From positions 372,001 to 436,000 of IMG/VR virus record IMGVR_UViG_3300046665_000548: a DNA stretch of 64,000 nucleotides; one strand, 5' to 3'. Below the pieces are notes generated by a model. That model had not been told where the DNA came from and did no database searches. It saw nothing but the letters and a program-made list of their open reading frames with translations. Every line of letters starts with the position of its first letter. Positions within the stretch are counted from its first letter, which is position 1. The translations under genes were made by a program, and so were the position numbers. This document shows, piece after piece, positions 46,586-58,200 of this stretch.

Positions 46586-47476
46586 TTAGTAGACAGTCCA
46601 AGCCTGATTCACCGCGAAAGTGGGTGCGGCAATTCCGGTTAGCGTCGATGTGCAGCGATACACGTCAAACAGAGCGCTTGTGCCGGTACCAACCGTGTCC
46701 GCTCCGCCCGTGTGCTGATCCTGCAAGTTGATCTGAATACGGAAGCCTGAGCCGTTGCCGCCATTCGTTCCAACGTAGTTCAAGCGGTTCACGTAGACCA
46801 GCATGTCGTTCGTTGCGTAAGCGCCGGTACCGACATCTGTGCCATTGACCATGATCGACTGTGCGGAAGGCATCTGGTAATAACCGTACGAGGTCAGAGT
46901 ACCCGCTGTTCCGCTTCTAGAAGAAGTATTGGCACCGATTGTGATCGTTCCAACGCTCGAAAAGATAGTTGACCATACAGTGTCCTGTCCGGTACCGGCA
47001 GGCTGTGACATGCGGATACGAATCTGACCACCAGAGTTGAAGAAGAACCGGGCCGAATCTTCATTCGTCCAGGTCACGTCAACGACGGTCGAAATATTCG
47101 TGCCCCAAGAACCACTGCGAACAGACGATCCCGCGCTAGATGCGAGGGTCATGTCCGAAGTAGCAGCGGTCAGACGGTTGGTATCAATGGCCGTAATATT
47201 CGAAGCCAAGCTAGAAAGAATAGATGCGCGGCCTGTGGTGGCTGGAGCCGTATACGTTGAGCCCGAACCCTGGTGGGTGGCACATGCGTTGTACATGTTA
47301 GTCAATGCTGCCCAATGAGCAGCATTGATTGTTCCACCAGCAGATACTGCGGCCTGTGAATATGTCGTCTGTCCATAGCCACGGTCTCCGGTACCGGTGC
47401 CATAGATCGTGCGGACAGTCGAAAGATAGTTGTTTAGGTCTGCCGCAGTAATAAGAGAACCGGTAGCGTAAGTCAT
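46586..47476 (-). CDS. Virion structural / fibre-like protein
   Basis: Gly/Ser/Thr-rich; YGTGTGDRGYGQ; ARFFFNSGGQIRI; start immediately follows the stop of the upstream fibre gene. Confidence 0.65.
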   Translation of the reverse strand: MTYATGSLITAADLNNYLSTVRTIYGTGTGDRGYGQTTYSQAAVSAGGTINAAHWAALTNMYNACATHQGSGSTYTAPATTGRASILSSLASNITAIDTNRLTAATSDMTLASSAGSSVRSGSWGTNISTVVDVTWTNEDSARFFFNSGGQIRIRMSQPAGTGQDTVWSTIFSSVGTITIGANTSSRSGTAGTLTSYGYYQMPSAQSIMVNGTDVGTGAYATNDMLVYVNRLNYVGTNGGNGSGFRIQINLQDQHTGGADTVGTGTSALFDVYRCTSTLTGIAAPTFAVNQAWTVY

Positions 47477-48427
47477 TTAGCGCACTCCACTCAGTACGAT
47501 TTCCACGAGTCCAACTTCTTCGCTCGTCTTGTCAGCGAGCGCGCGCCCGAGAACCATGTGAGCATTGAAGCCAGGGCGGATCGTGTCGCGAACAACCATC
47601 GCAACGCCTGGGACAGAAGAGCTTACGAGACGGTCGCCCTTCTTTACTGGGCCGATAACCTTACAAGGGACGCGGCCGAGCAGAGCGATATAGGGATGGG
47701 TTTCATCCGTACCGGCCTTGGCATTCAGCTTGAAGGCAGGCTTGGTCGAAACGACGCCGAAGATAGCTCCGGAGAATTCGCCACGGGTAAGCTGAATTTC
47801 CTTGTCGCCGCCGATTTCAACAACGTCGCCCGCAACCATGGGCTCAGAAGCAGCATAACGCTCAGCAACGTCGGCGTATTCGGCGGATGTTGCGCGGCCA
47901 GCCATTTCGTAATCGTTCGGGTCGGTAGCCATGGTCATACCGGTGTCGATACCGCTGGGGAATCGAGCAGCCAGGACGTAGGAAACGCCTTCAACTGTAA
48001 TGTTGGCGGGGAGCTTGTTGTAAGCAATGGCGGAGTGAGACCAGATCGTGATGATGCGGCCTTCCGACAGCATACCAGCGATAGTCCAAGTTTCCGAACC
48101 GTTATTGATGACTACGCCGAAAGCACCGGAAGCGCGAGTGCCGCCAATGTTAACGAGGCCCGATCCGAAGGTGTGCCAAGCAGCACCATCGTAAAACTTC
48201 ATGGTACCGGTAGAGGTGTCGTACCAGATTTGGCCCGGTGTTGGCAGTGCTGGCGCGGAAGCGTTCGCAAAGTTCTCAAGCAGGTAAACAAAGTTCTGGG
48301 CAAAGGCTAGACCGTAGTTGACGGCACCACGACCAACGAGCGACACCGAGGTGGCTGACGTATCGATGGTTTGGTCAGCAACTGTGACCAGTGTAGTTCC
48401 GTTCGACTTTTTAACGGTATAGGACAT
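47477..48427 (-). CDS. Tail fibre-like protein with C-terminal peptidase G2-type autocleaving chaperone domain
   Basis: N-terminal LVGRGAVNYG..QNFVYLLENFA; C-terminal YADVAERY..GVVSTKP..ALLGRVPCKV..KGDRLVSS. Confidence 0.7.
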   Translation of the reverse strand: MSYTVKKSNGTTLVTVADQTIDTSATSVSLVGRGAVNYGLAFAQNFVYLLENFANASAPALPTPGQIWYDTSTGTMKFYDGAAWHTFGSGLVNIGGTRASGAFGVVINNGSETWTIAGMLSEGRIITIWSHSAIAYNKLPANITVEGVSYVLAARFPSGIDTGMTMATDPNDYEMAGRATSAEYADVAERYAASEPMVAGDVVEIGGDKEIQLTRGEFSGAIFGVVSTKPAFKLNAKAGTDETHPYIALLGRVPCKVIGPVKKGDRLVSSSVPGVAMVVRDTIRPGFNAHMVLGRALADKTSEEVGLVEIVLSGVR

Positions 48428-48473
48428 ATGAAAAGTCTCCTATAGCAATAGAGTCGCGTGGCGACGTTTGGTG

Positions 48474-48481
48474 TATTTATA
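48474..48481 (-). promoter_or_regulatory. T4-type late promoter TATAAATA
   Basis: Exact consensus on the minus strand upstream of the 48427 start (GGAGA SD). Confidence 0.7.
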
Positions 48482-48511
48482 TAACCGGCTTTAGACCAGT
48501 TTTTGCGATGA

Positions 48512-49099
48512 TTAGGTCAAGTATATCCGAAGAGTATACACAACTTCAATTGAGCGATTCAGCGATTTCTGCACGGGATGAAAGATCACGTGCGTTAAAA
48601 GCTTTCCTGCGCCCGCAGTAGTGTTAAATGCCTTTAGACCAAGCTCGTCAAAGACGAAATCACTCTCAGTAGAACTTGCGTCGTCAAATAATTCTTGACC
48701 AGATGGCTCGTTGTAATCAAGCAAGCACGTTATGATAACATCGCTATACACGTTGTTTTCAGAGTGTTGCACACGGATAAAGTTGTGCGATCTGTCGTTA
48801 TTAAGGGGACTTTGATCGTTGATGATCTTTGAATACGTCTGGTTATACAGTCGTGCGTCCGACCCTACCACGTTGGGAGGGAAGTACGTGATTGCGCCAA
48901 TACCGGAAACGGTAGATGCGCCATTTCCGAATACCATTTCATGAAGATTGCCAGATGAGCGATTGGCAAGACTGAGCGCCAGAGCCTCGGACATGTTCTC
49001 GAAATGAATAGCATTCTTCTTGTCTACCAGCACCTCATGAGTGTTGGCGTCACGGATTAAGACGTGACCTTCTATCGAGTTATTCACCTTTGTCAGCAT
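48512..49099 (-). CDS. Virion structural protein
   Basis: IEGHVLIRD..LVDKKNAIHFENMS..FDELGL..LLTHVIFHPVQKSLNR; located in the baseplate operon. Confidence 0.65.
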   Translation of the reverse strand: MLTKVNNSIEGHVLIRDANTHEVLVDKKNAIHFENMSEALALSLANRSSGNLHEMVFGNGASTVSGIGAITYFPPNVVGSDARLYNQTYSKIINDQSPLNNDRSHNFIRVQHSENNVYSDVIITCLLDYNEPSGQELFDDASSTESDFVFDELGLKAFNTTAGAGKLLTHVIFHPVQKSLNRSIEVVYTLRIYLT

Positions 49100-49247
49100 G
49101 GCTCGATTCTTCAAGTTGGACCTGTTGAGCCACAGTGCCGCGCTGATTGACTAGTATTTTCCCAGTATCTACATCGCGAATGAGAAGATGGCCAACTACT
49201 GTTGGCCTCGTCTCTTCAAATTCTTCCGGATTAAAGACGTTGTTCAT
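49080..49247 (-). CDS. 55-aa protein sharing a motif with the N-terminus of the downstream gene
   Basis: MNNVFNPEEFEETRPTVVGHLLIRDVDTGKILVNQRG...; two TAAATA sites upstream (49260-49265, 49269-49274). Confidence 0.6.
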   Translation of the reverse strand: MNNVFNPEEFEETRPTVVGHLLIRDVDTGKILVNQRGTVAQQVQLEESSHADKGE

Positions 49248-49286
49248 GTGACCCAATGATATTTAGAGTATTTATTATAAGCGATT

Positions 49287-52200
49287 TTAATCGACCACCT
49301 CTGACCAGAAACCGCCCTCTTCCTTGATCATGAAGGGAGATCGTTCGTAGGCGGACGGAACTGCATGGCGCACTACGGAACCGGCCAAGTGAACGGTGGC
49401 AGGTGCAGATTGTGCCAGCAGGATTTTCGATCCAGCTTCGGGAGCTTCATTCAGGGTAATCAAGAGGTCAGAACCGTTCCGCGAGGCGGAGAAGTGTAGA
49501 CCAAAGTTGAGAGCAGTCGTAGTTCCAGATACATCTACTACTGATACCTCAATGTTGCCATTGATGTCAGCATTTTGTAGCGGATATTCTGTGGTTGTGC
49601 CGTTGGAAGAGTAAACAGAAAGGTTTCGCTGCTCTTCGCCAACACGAGTTGCTAGGGTACCACGGCGCAAGTCTGTCAGCGTCGCAGTATTGTTGTTTTG
49701 GTCGATGTTGTAATACTCGATGCGCTCGCCGTTGATCCAGATTACGCCGGGAGAACCGTCATAAGGCTGAGGCAACGCCTGAGGAGGCATCAGGAAGTTC
49801 GATACCTTGTAGGGGTTCAAATGGACGGTGATCGTGTCCGAATCATCGGTCAGATCGTCCACGAGGGTGCCCGTGCGCTGGTAAGACAACTCGATCACAT
49901 CCCAAGTTCCGTTCATCTTATAAACGCTGCGCATGCCAAACTCGGTCTTTTCGACGGCAGGAACCGTCGATTCGAGCCTGAAGGTGTCGATAGGCGCAAC
50001 GTCCCAGTCTGCCGAGAACGCAAGGTCGCCCATGAGGCCAAGGCCAGACTGCTTCGTCATGGCAACCCATTCGTTAGGCAGGCGAGCCGGATTACCGGTA
50101 AAGGCCATAACAACGATCTTGTCCGAGGCGATCTGGGTGCCTGGGATGTAGACCAGGGTTCCGCCAGAATCCGTGAACATGAACGAGTCATGATCGTACG
50201 AATCCCAACCGCCTGAATCGAAATCGTAGTTCGACAGAATACGGTCATCAATTGGGCTAGCAGAGAATTCTAATCCTGGTGTCAAGAACTTGCCGTTCTT
50301 AGTAACCAGCAGATAGTCGATGCTTGGTACCTTGAATGGGATAAAGTATTCGCTGATGCCAGAACCACGGAAGCTATGGGTCTGGATGCCCATCAGGGCA
50401 GGATTTTCGAAGGTTGTCGAAACAATACGGGTGTTGTCATCTGGTGGGATGACGATATCATACTGATAGGTGTCCCAACCGCTCTGTTTCACATCGTAAT
50501 CTGACTTGGCATACTGCTTCGTAACTGTGAGTACGCCGCCGCTTACGACATAATCGTGATCTTCGAAGATACACACGACTACGCGATTGCTATTGACGGA
50601 CGGACTTGTCTGGACGAGCTTGTCCTGAACAATAACAATTGGAGCAAGATTGTTATTCTGTAGAGCATCGGCAACAGACGTACCGCGAGCGATAGCACCC
50701 GTGTACAATTGGTCATCAATCCAAATCTGAAGGTTGCTGAGATCAGCGACTGGTTTAATGAGCAATTGGCGATGGTTGTTTTCGAAATCGAAACGTCCAT
50801 ATCGGGTAAATGGCGGAGTTAAGCGCACGCCGTTTCCTTCAACAATCGTTCCGATGTGCTCCAATGAGGCTCCTGCTCCGAGAAGAAGTGTACGGTTGGC
50901 GAGGTTCCAGGATTGACCGACGTTGTATGCCAATTCTTCCTGATGAGTACGGGTCATCACAGTAACTTCATTGTCTGACGGCGGACCGTAGACGTTGATG
51001 GTGACCTGCTGACCGACATCCGGAACGGAATCGAGAACGATCTGTGGTCCATTGATGGTGTAGGCATCATCGTCCATAACCACGCCATCGAGAAGAACCT
51101 CGACCGGGCCGACAGGAGCGTCGAAGAGTTCGAACGACGAACCGCCTACACAGTCGAAATAACGCTGTTCGACAATCGCAGAGGTGCCAGCGGACCCAAT
51201 GATGTGAGCCGTGATGACCTTCGGACGAGGAGCGCTCATCTGAACTGTGATTGTGCGAGCAAAGTGGTCGATGGTGTAATCATCGGTCATCTTAAGACGG
51301 ATGCCGTCGCGATAGACAAACACCGACTCTAGGCTCTGGGCTACGTTCTGGTAGCTCAGTTCGATGGTTGCCGAACGGATGTGGGCCGTGCGAACGTACG
51401 CGGTATACTGGTTCGGAGCGCCCTTTACCCACTCAGACTTGACGCGGATCGCTACGTGATCGTTTCCATGTACTGGGACGAACTCTTCCGGGTGCTTGCG
51501 GTCATGGTACGGATCGACCAAGCCGAAGGCCGTGCGGTGGATCGCATACGGGTTATACTGAGTTTCCTCAGCAAGACCGCCGCTGATATCCACATCGCGA
51601 TCAGTGATGATCTCGGTCTCAAGCGGCAGAGTGTCGTACGGTCTGATATCCCAGTCGCGAAGATCGGGTAGATGCGGAACGTAAAGTTCTCCGCCCTCAA
51701 CATCCAAGCCCTTGAAGTTCGTATTGAACAGCGTTTCGACATCCTTCTCGCGCATACCCAGGCGAGGCTCATAGAAAGCGAGCATTCGCGATAGAGCGGA
51801 CGGAGTTTGGAAGCCGCTTACGTTCCAGAGCGTATCGAACGGAATAACGTCCATCGGTGGGTAATCCCAGCCGTAGCCCTGTTCAAGTGGTGTTAGACCC
51901 GGATCAATTCGGTCGAACAGCAGCGAAATGTTAAGGCGACGAACAGGATTGTAGTTCGAATCAGCAGGATCGAAGCTAGCATTGAGATAGTTGTCGTACC
52001 AATTTTTCCACGGCTGCTGATTTTGAAGAACCAGTGCGTCAGCGGCGTTAGAAATCTGAAGCGTGCGATATTCCTGCGTGTCTGGATCGAAGTACAGAGG
52101 CTTGTCAAAATCGGTCACGTGCACCGCTGCAACATCGATATCAGGCGTCAAGATGCGTGAGAAATCACGCGTCTTCAAATGATACGGCTTGACCTCTTCG

Positions 52201-55200
52201 ATGTACGAAAGCAGATTTCCAGTAGGATCGTAGGTCTGAATTGGAGGCTGACCCAGACGCTCGTTGAAATCTCGAACGACGAGGAAGCTGGTCTTGAACG
52301 CCCAATCAACCTGATCCTGCACACTGTGTAGGAAATGGATCATCGAGAAGAACAGTTCATTGATCTCAGCATTCGTCAGAATGAATTGACGAAGAGCATG
52401 AATGATCTGACGCAGTTCCCAGCTTCCATCTCGGTTCACGACATCGGGGAGGTTGATAAATGTCGAACGAGCGAATGGGACACGAGCCGTGTTATTGAAC
52501 TCGTCCGAAAGCCTGATTGTGCCCTTTTCCCGCGCGACTACGACCCAATGATCGCCATCAAAAGCAGTCCACGCCCATCCAGCGCCATCGTTGGCAATGC
52601 GGACGAACACGTTTCTCGGATCGGTGCCTTCGGTGTTATTGCGATCTACCATGGTCGGGTAGGACACAACTGGCGGCTTCGAAGCCGAGTATCCGGTTGC
52701 ATACCAATCGGTGATCGTCCAGAAATCCTGAACGTTGTACGTCTGGGTGTTCTGAATAACGAGGCCCTGAACATCAGAAAGATTGCTAGATGGGCGATAG
52801 AACCATGTAGTCCAGAAGCCACCGGCTGTGGAGTCGTTCTCAATTAGAATTCGGGTACCTTCGGCTGGCGGCTCGAATGTCAAAAGAGTAGCGAGAGCAG
52901 TGCGATCTGCGACCTTGATGTCGAAGTTCGACGCAATTCTCAATAGTTTGTCCGGGTTGAAGCGCTCACCCGGATCAGAGATGGACTGATCAATCTCCCA
53001 AATGCTCCACGTCTTCAACGGCCCGTTGTAGTTTCGCAGAAGCACGCGAGGGCTACGCTTACTGTAATTGAAACGAAGAGTAGTATCGAAATCGAATGCT
53101 ACAGTATCCCAGGTATATCTGTCCCATGGACGGAAGCCGTTGACATAATCTCCATAGAGTTCGAAGAAGTATTCGTGCAGCCCTTCGACCGAATCCGTAG
53201 CAAAGTCATAGCTATTGACGGGCGGCGGCTCGATCAGATCACTTCCCTGCGGCATCGACCAAACCAGCTTCTCGAAAGTCGGCGTCTTGGCCTTCAGGTA
53301 CGACACCGCGCTTGGTCGGTCGAACATGATGTTCGAACGTCCGAGTAGGATGTTCACCATGCCTGTGAACGAAAGGCGGCCTGCGCCGATAGCTCGGGCA
53401 ACCGAGATGTCGAACATGCTCTGGACCGGGCGCATTTCCAATCCAACTCGGTGGCGGGCCGGAACACTTTGATCAGGCGTGCGAACGCGGAACTCGTTGA
53501 AGCCAACAAGACTATCCTGAAGTTTTTTCCAGATAGGAGCAGGCGGAACGGCAGTCTTGTCAGCACGAAGCATGAGTTGCCATTCGTTATGAATGACACC
53601 ATCGTAATCGTCTTTTGCTACCTCGAACTGGAATACCGTTGTCGCATCATTGAGATACTGTTCCAGACCACCCATCAACAGACCGCTGACGGTGATCGGA
53701 GATACCCAAGGAATGTTTTGGCCAATCGGGTCGGTTAGAAGCTGCGAGACCTGACGGGCACTGATCTTGCGGCCAGTAACACCGACTGGCGTTGTAGCGA
53801 CATTGCGCTGCCAGAAATAGTACGCAGTAACCATCTGGTTCGTACGGTTGTCGTACTCCAGCTTCTCCACGTACTGGGCTCCTGGAGCCATGTCTGGGTT
53901 GTCTTCGGCCGGGGCCTCTGTGGTTCGGGTCCACTCATAGATGTCAACCGACGTGTTTGGAGCAAGTTTTGTCCAGTTAGCGACGCGGTAATCAATTTCT
54001 ACCTTGTTGCGAACGATGTCGGTGGAATCCGTGATATCTGTCTGGCATTCGAGATAACGAACTGCCGAGAGGTCCCACCAGAGCATACCAACTTCATTCG
54101 ATCCCCACTGATCGTTCAGACCAATGCTGTAGCGAGCCGGATCATATTCAAGCTTGAAGGTAAGTTCCTTTTCCGCTGCACCAGATATCAAACCAGCAGT
54201 AGGATCAAGTATAGTGATCTTGTCCATCTGCATTGGTTCGGCGGTAAGCGCCATATCGGTTTGCTTCGTAATCAGATCGAAGATCAACGCCGACGACATG
54301 CGGTGAGTTTCAATCTTCCTCGGTTCAGCACGATATACTGCCCAGATATTGCCGTTAAACTTATACGCACCCCAACGCTTCTGTAGTCCGGAGTTGTTCG
54401 GAGTAGCATCGTCCACGTAGACGATCTGGTTAAGCATCGGCGTGAAGCGCGTGAAGAACTGCGTCATCTGGCTAACGGTTGTGAAACGCAGAGAACGGAA
54501 GATAGCCAAAGTCGGCACGGTAACCGAGCCTGGGCTTTCCTCGTAGCTGATACCCTTCTTGCCAGTGCCGTTGATGATGATGCTCGCGGCCGAATCGATC
54601 TCGGCAAGTTCGCAAAATCCTTCAAAGTTAGGCGTCGTGTGGGTATCGCCGCTGATGAGAATGTTCAGACCGAGATCGGCATCCGTGAGATTATGCGGCT
54701 CGGTGAATGTCACACGGAACGTATTCAGCAGAACTGCATCTTCTCGAACGGTATCGATAAAGCGCACTGCGTTGTTCGAAGAGCCGATGGTATAACCCTG
54801 GAGAACGTCCCACGACTTGTCACCACGTCGTTCATACATCCACAGGCGAGAACCGGTGGTGATATCCTTGTTGCCCATGTATAGGGCCGTGAGGTCGGAC
54901 GGACGGAATACGCTGTAATCAACCTCGTCGCGACGAACGTAACCGGCTGTCGGGAGGAATTTCTCAGCGGCCATCGTTGCCGCAGAAACCTTCGGCGTAC
55001 CGTAGGTCGGGAATACCTGCCTTGTGTTAGGAGCCATCTCGACCCAACGAGTGTCAGCCGATCCAAAACCGATAATTCCGTCGTTGCTGTGGGACGAGCC
55101 GAAATCTACATATTGAGGATTGTTGCGGATGTCTGCCGTGATGAGACGGAAGCTAACAAGCGTCTTCTTGTCAATTGCACCATAGCGCCCGACATGCAGA

Positions 55201-58200
55201 CCCCATTCCTCTAAGAAACGAAGATCGCGGTTTTGGTCGATGAAATCAGAACGCGAAAGCTTATTGAAGACGCCAGGAGCGCCCTTCTGCTGGATCATGC
55301 CCTGATAGAATTCGAACTGCGCCGTCTCTGACAATAGCAGATTGTCCAAGTAAGAGCGGTTCTGGTAGCCGACGACGTGACGAGCGTGTTCGCGGAAATC
55401 GCGGTTATCAGCCTTCTCGATTTCGAACATCTCTCGGATATCAGTCGTGGTTTTCTCGAAGTTCGGAACAAGCTCTGCGCCGTTAACGATGTAACCGGGT
55501 GCGTCGCGGCGTCCCTTCCAATCCGACGAGCGCATGCCAAGGAGACGCAGACGTGGTTGTCTAAGATCGAACAAAGGAACGTAAATTACGTCATTGAAGA
55601 TCGTAAGATTGGAGAAGATAATGACATGCTCGGCTTCGCCTACGCGTGCGCGGGCTGCGAACATATTATCAGTTGTAGTGATGATCTTTGTCGTCTCGTC
55701 CAGACGGGAAACGAACGTGGAACGACGCGCAATCGGGCGTCCAGTACGATCTAGAAGACCGTAGACGCCGTTGTGAACATCTTCCAGGCCATAGACGAGG
55801 CCGTGATCGGAAACGAACGTGAGTGAAGATGCGCCAGGGCTGAGGGCGATAAAATTGCCCGGCTGCCACTTCATCTGCGCCCAACTCATGAACGTCTTAG
55901 TTGCAGTGTTCCAGTCCTGAACCTCTGAGGTATCGTCGTCTACTGCATCAAAGACCCATCCGCATTTCTCAAGCCAACGAGAGTAGGAGCGCAAAAACTC
56001 CGCAACATCCTGGATGCTCTCAAACACGGTATCGTACGGAACCATTTCGAGTGTTCCGGTGCCGACATCGGTGACAAATGCTCTTGGAAAGCGCTTGGTA
56101 ACTCCGGGCTCAGCCTTCCAGAATTCTGGTTCGAACTTGCCGCTGGAGGTATGCGAGATGATAGCCTTGTAAGCGGAATCTTCGTGCTCAACAATTCGAT
56201 CAACCGGATAGTAGACGTTCGATTTCCACTCGTAGATTACAGGGTCCTGGCCGATAGAGATCAGAGACTTGGGTCCGTTCTCCTCGCCCGGCTCGACGCA
56301 GAAGTATTCTTTCGAGCCGTCATAACCGACAACCCGATAACCATTTCCTGTCCACTCGATGATCACACCAGAGTAGATCACCTCTCTCAGGGGAGGCGAC
56401 TCGTGGTATAGAACCTCGATATCTTCGTCTGGAATAATACCAAAGTTATCCGCAAACACACGGAGGTTCTTTGGATTGGTGAAGCCAGCCATCTTGTGCG
56501 CAAGACGCACCTCAAGACCGCGCAGAGCTTCGCCAAGTTCTGACGGGGAGCGAGCGTTTGAAATCAGGTATTCCGAAACCCACTGCTGGATACCCGGCAT
56601 GCTTAGCGGTTCGCCGCTGGCTCCGATCTCGCCATGAACGCGGGAAATGTCCGGATTTCGAATTTCTGTTCTATCATAGTTGCGGCTGATGCCGACGCGT
56701 CGGCCATCGCGGGGTAGAATTTGACCGTTGTCGGATACGTCGATCTTTGACCAGCACAGTTCGGTGAACTCAGCCGGACGAATCAGACCAGCGATCATCG
56801 CTTTTGCGAAAGGCCAAGACGATGAATTCAGCCACAGGTTTTCTACAGGACCGTGATCGCCAACTTTCCATGCACGTTTTGCATCGTCGTACGAAGGCGT
56901 ATGTAGGACAATTCCTGCCGCGATGGGGTCGAGCAACGCTCCATCGTCATCGACCGGAAGGATCGAGAGAAGATTAGAACGGACGAAACGGGGGTCAATC
57001 CCTTCACGAGCACCATTGCGGATGATGCCATTTGCGATGTCGCTCCAAAGTCCAGAGTTTCCACGCGTGTATGGAGCGGGGCCGTATTCGGCTTCCCACC
57101 ATGTCGGCTTCGTACTAAAGCCCAGCATCTCCCATGGAACCTGATGAGGACGATCCGTGTCGAAATACCAGCGATAAATCGCTCTCCAGTGGCCCGGCAT
57201 TGAGTTGCCGAACTTGTCGGATACGCCACGATAATTCCAAGTAAAAGGATCGGCTTCCTGATAGCCATCGTTAACGCGGAAATCGAGACCGTTTACCTGC
57301 GCCCAGCGCATGAAAGTAGGCGTGTAGATGTCAACGATTTCATCTCGTGTAAACCGGCGCTTGGCTGCCGAAAATTCTGGGTTTACTGAGGAGTCGGAAT
57401 CTACGGATGCGTTGTTCGGCGGCAGAGAAGCCGAACATGTGCTGGTCTTCTGACGAAGATCACCTCCGTCAGTCAGTGCGGGACGATACGCTCCGTTGAC
57501 ATAATTCCACCAATCGAAAGCGTACTCGAAAGCATCGTCAACCGATTTAAACACGGCTGCGATGTTGTTATAAATGCGCTTCTCAAGCACAAGAATAATA
57601 TCGTCGCGAAGGTCACCGAACGCGGGTGTTCTGCTTCCGTCATGACCACGGATCATTGTCACGTTTGTCGAGAAGCTTGTATCGACCTGAATTTCCGGCT
57701 CGTAACAAGGCAGCAGTCCCATGAAGGCTGCGGTAGGCGGAATGAATGCGCCGGGAATCATCGCAGACAGCGAGAACGGAAAGTCCGGAGTCTTGGCGAG
57801 CGTCATGCGGCTCAGGATGGTGTCAACCCAAAGATCAGCGCCATCCGATACCAGACGATCACCAGTTCTAAGAAGTTCAGAAATCATGCTAACGAATTTG
57901 TTTCGGAACAGGACGTATTCCTTGTCAACGAATCGGATCGAGTCGAACAGATCGAACCGCTTGTCGCTGGCGAGGAGCATAGCCTTGAGCATTGGCGAAC
58001 GATGCTGAACAAGCGTGCGCCCTAGATTGATATCCTTCTTCGAATCGCGGTAGTTGTTAGACGCGTTCGGTGATCCAACAAAATTCTGTTGATTTTGAAT
58101 GATCGTCGTTGTGTGTTCACGCAACTGTGCGCCAGTGATGTAGCTGATGCAGTCATTATCCGCATTGGCACGAAGCTGAGAGGGCACAGAAAATACGCCA

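Noticed and set aside
47558-48310. Long antisense ORFs (e.g. 47558..48310, 59310..60227, 62498..63196)
   Set aside because: Shadow frames opposite well-supported genes; no recognisable motifs or start signals.
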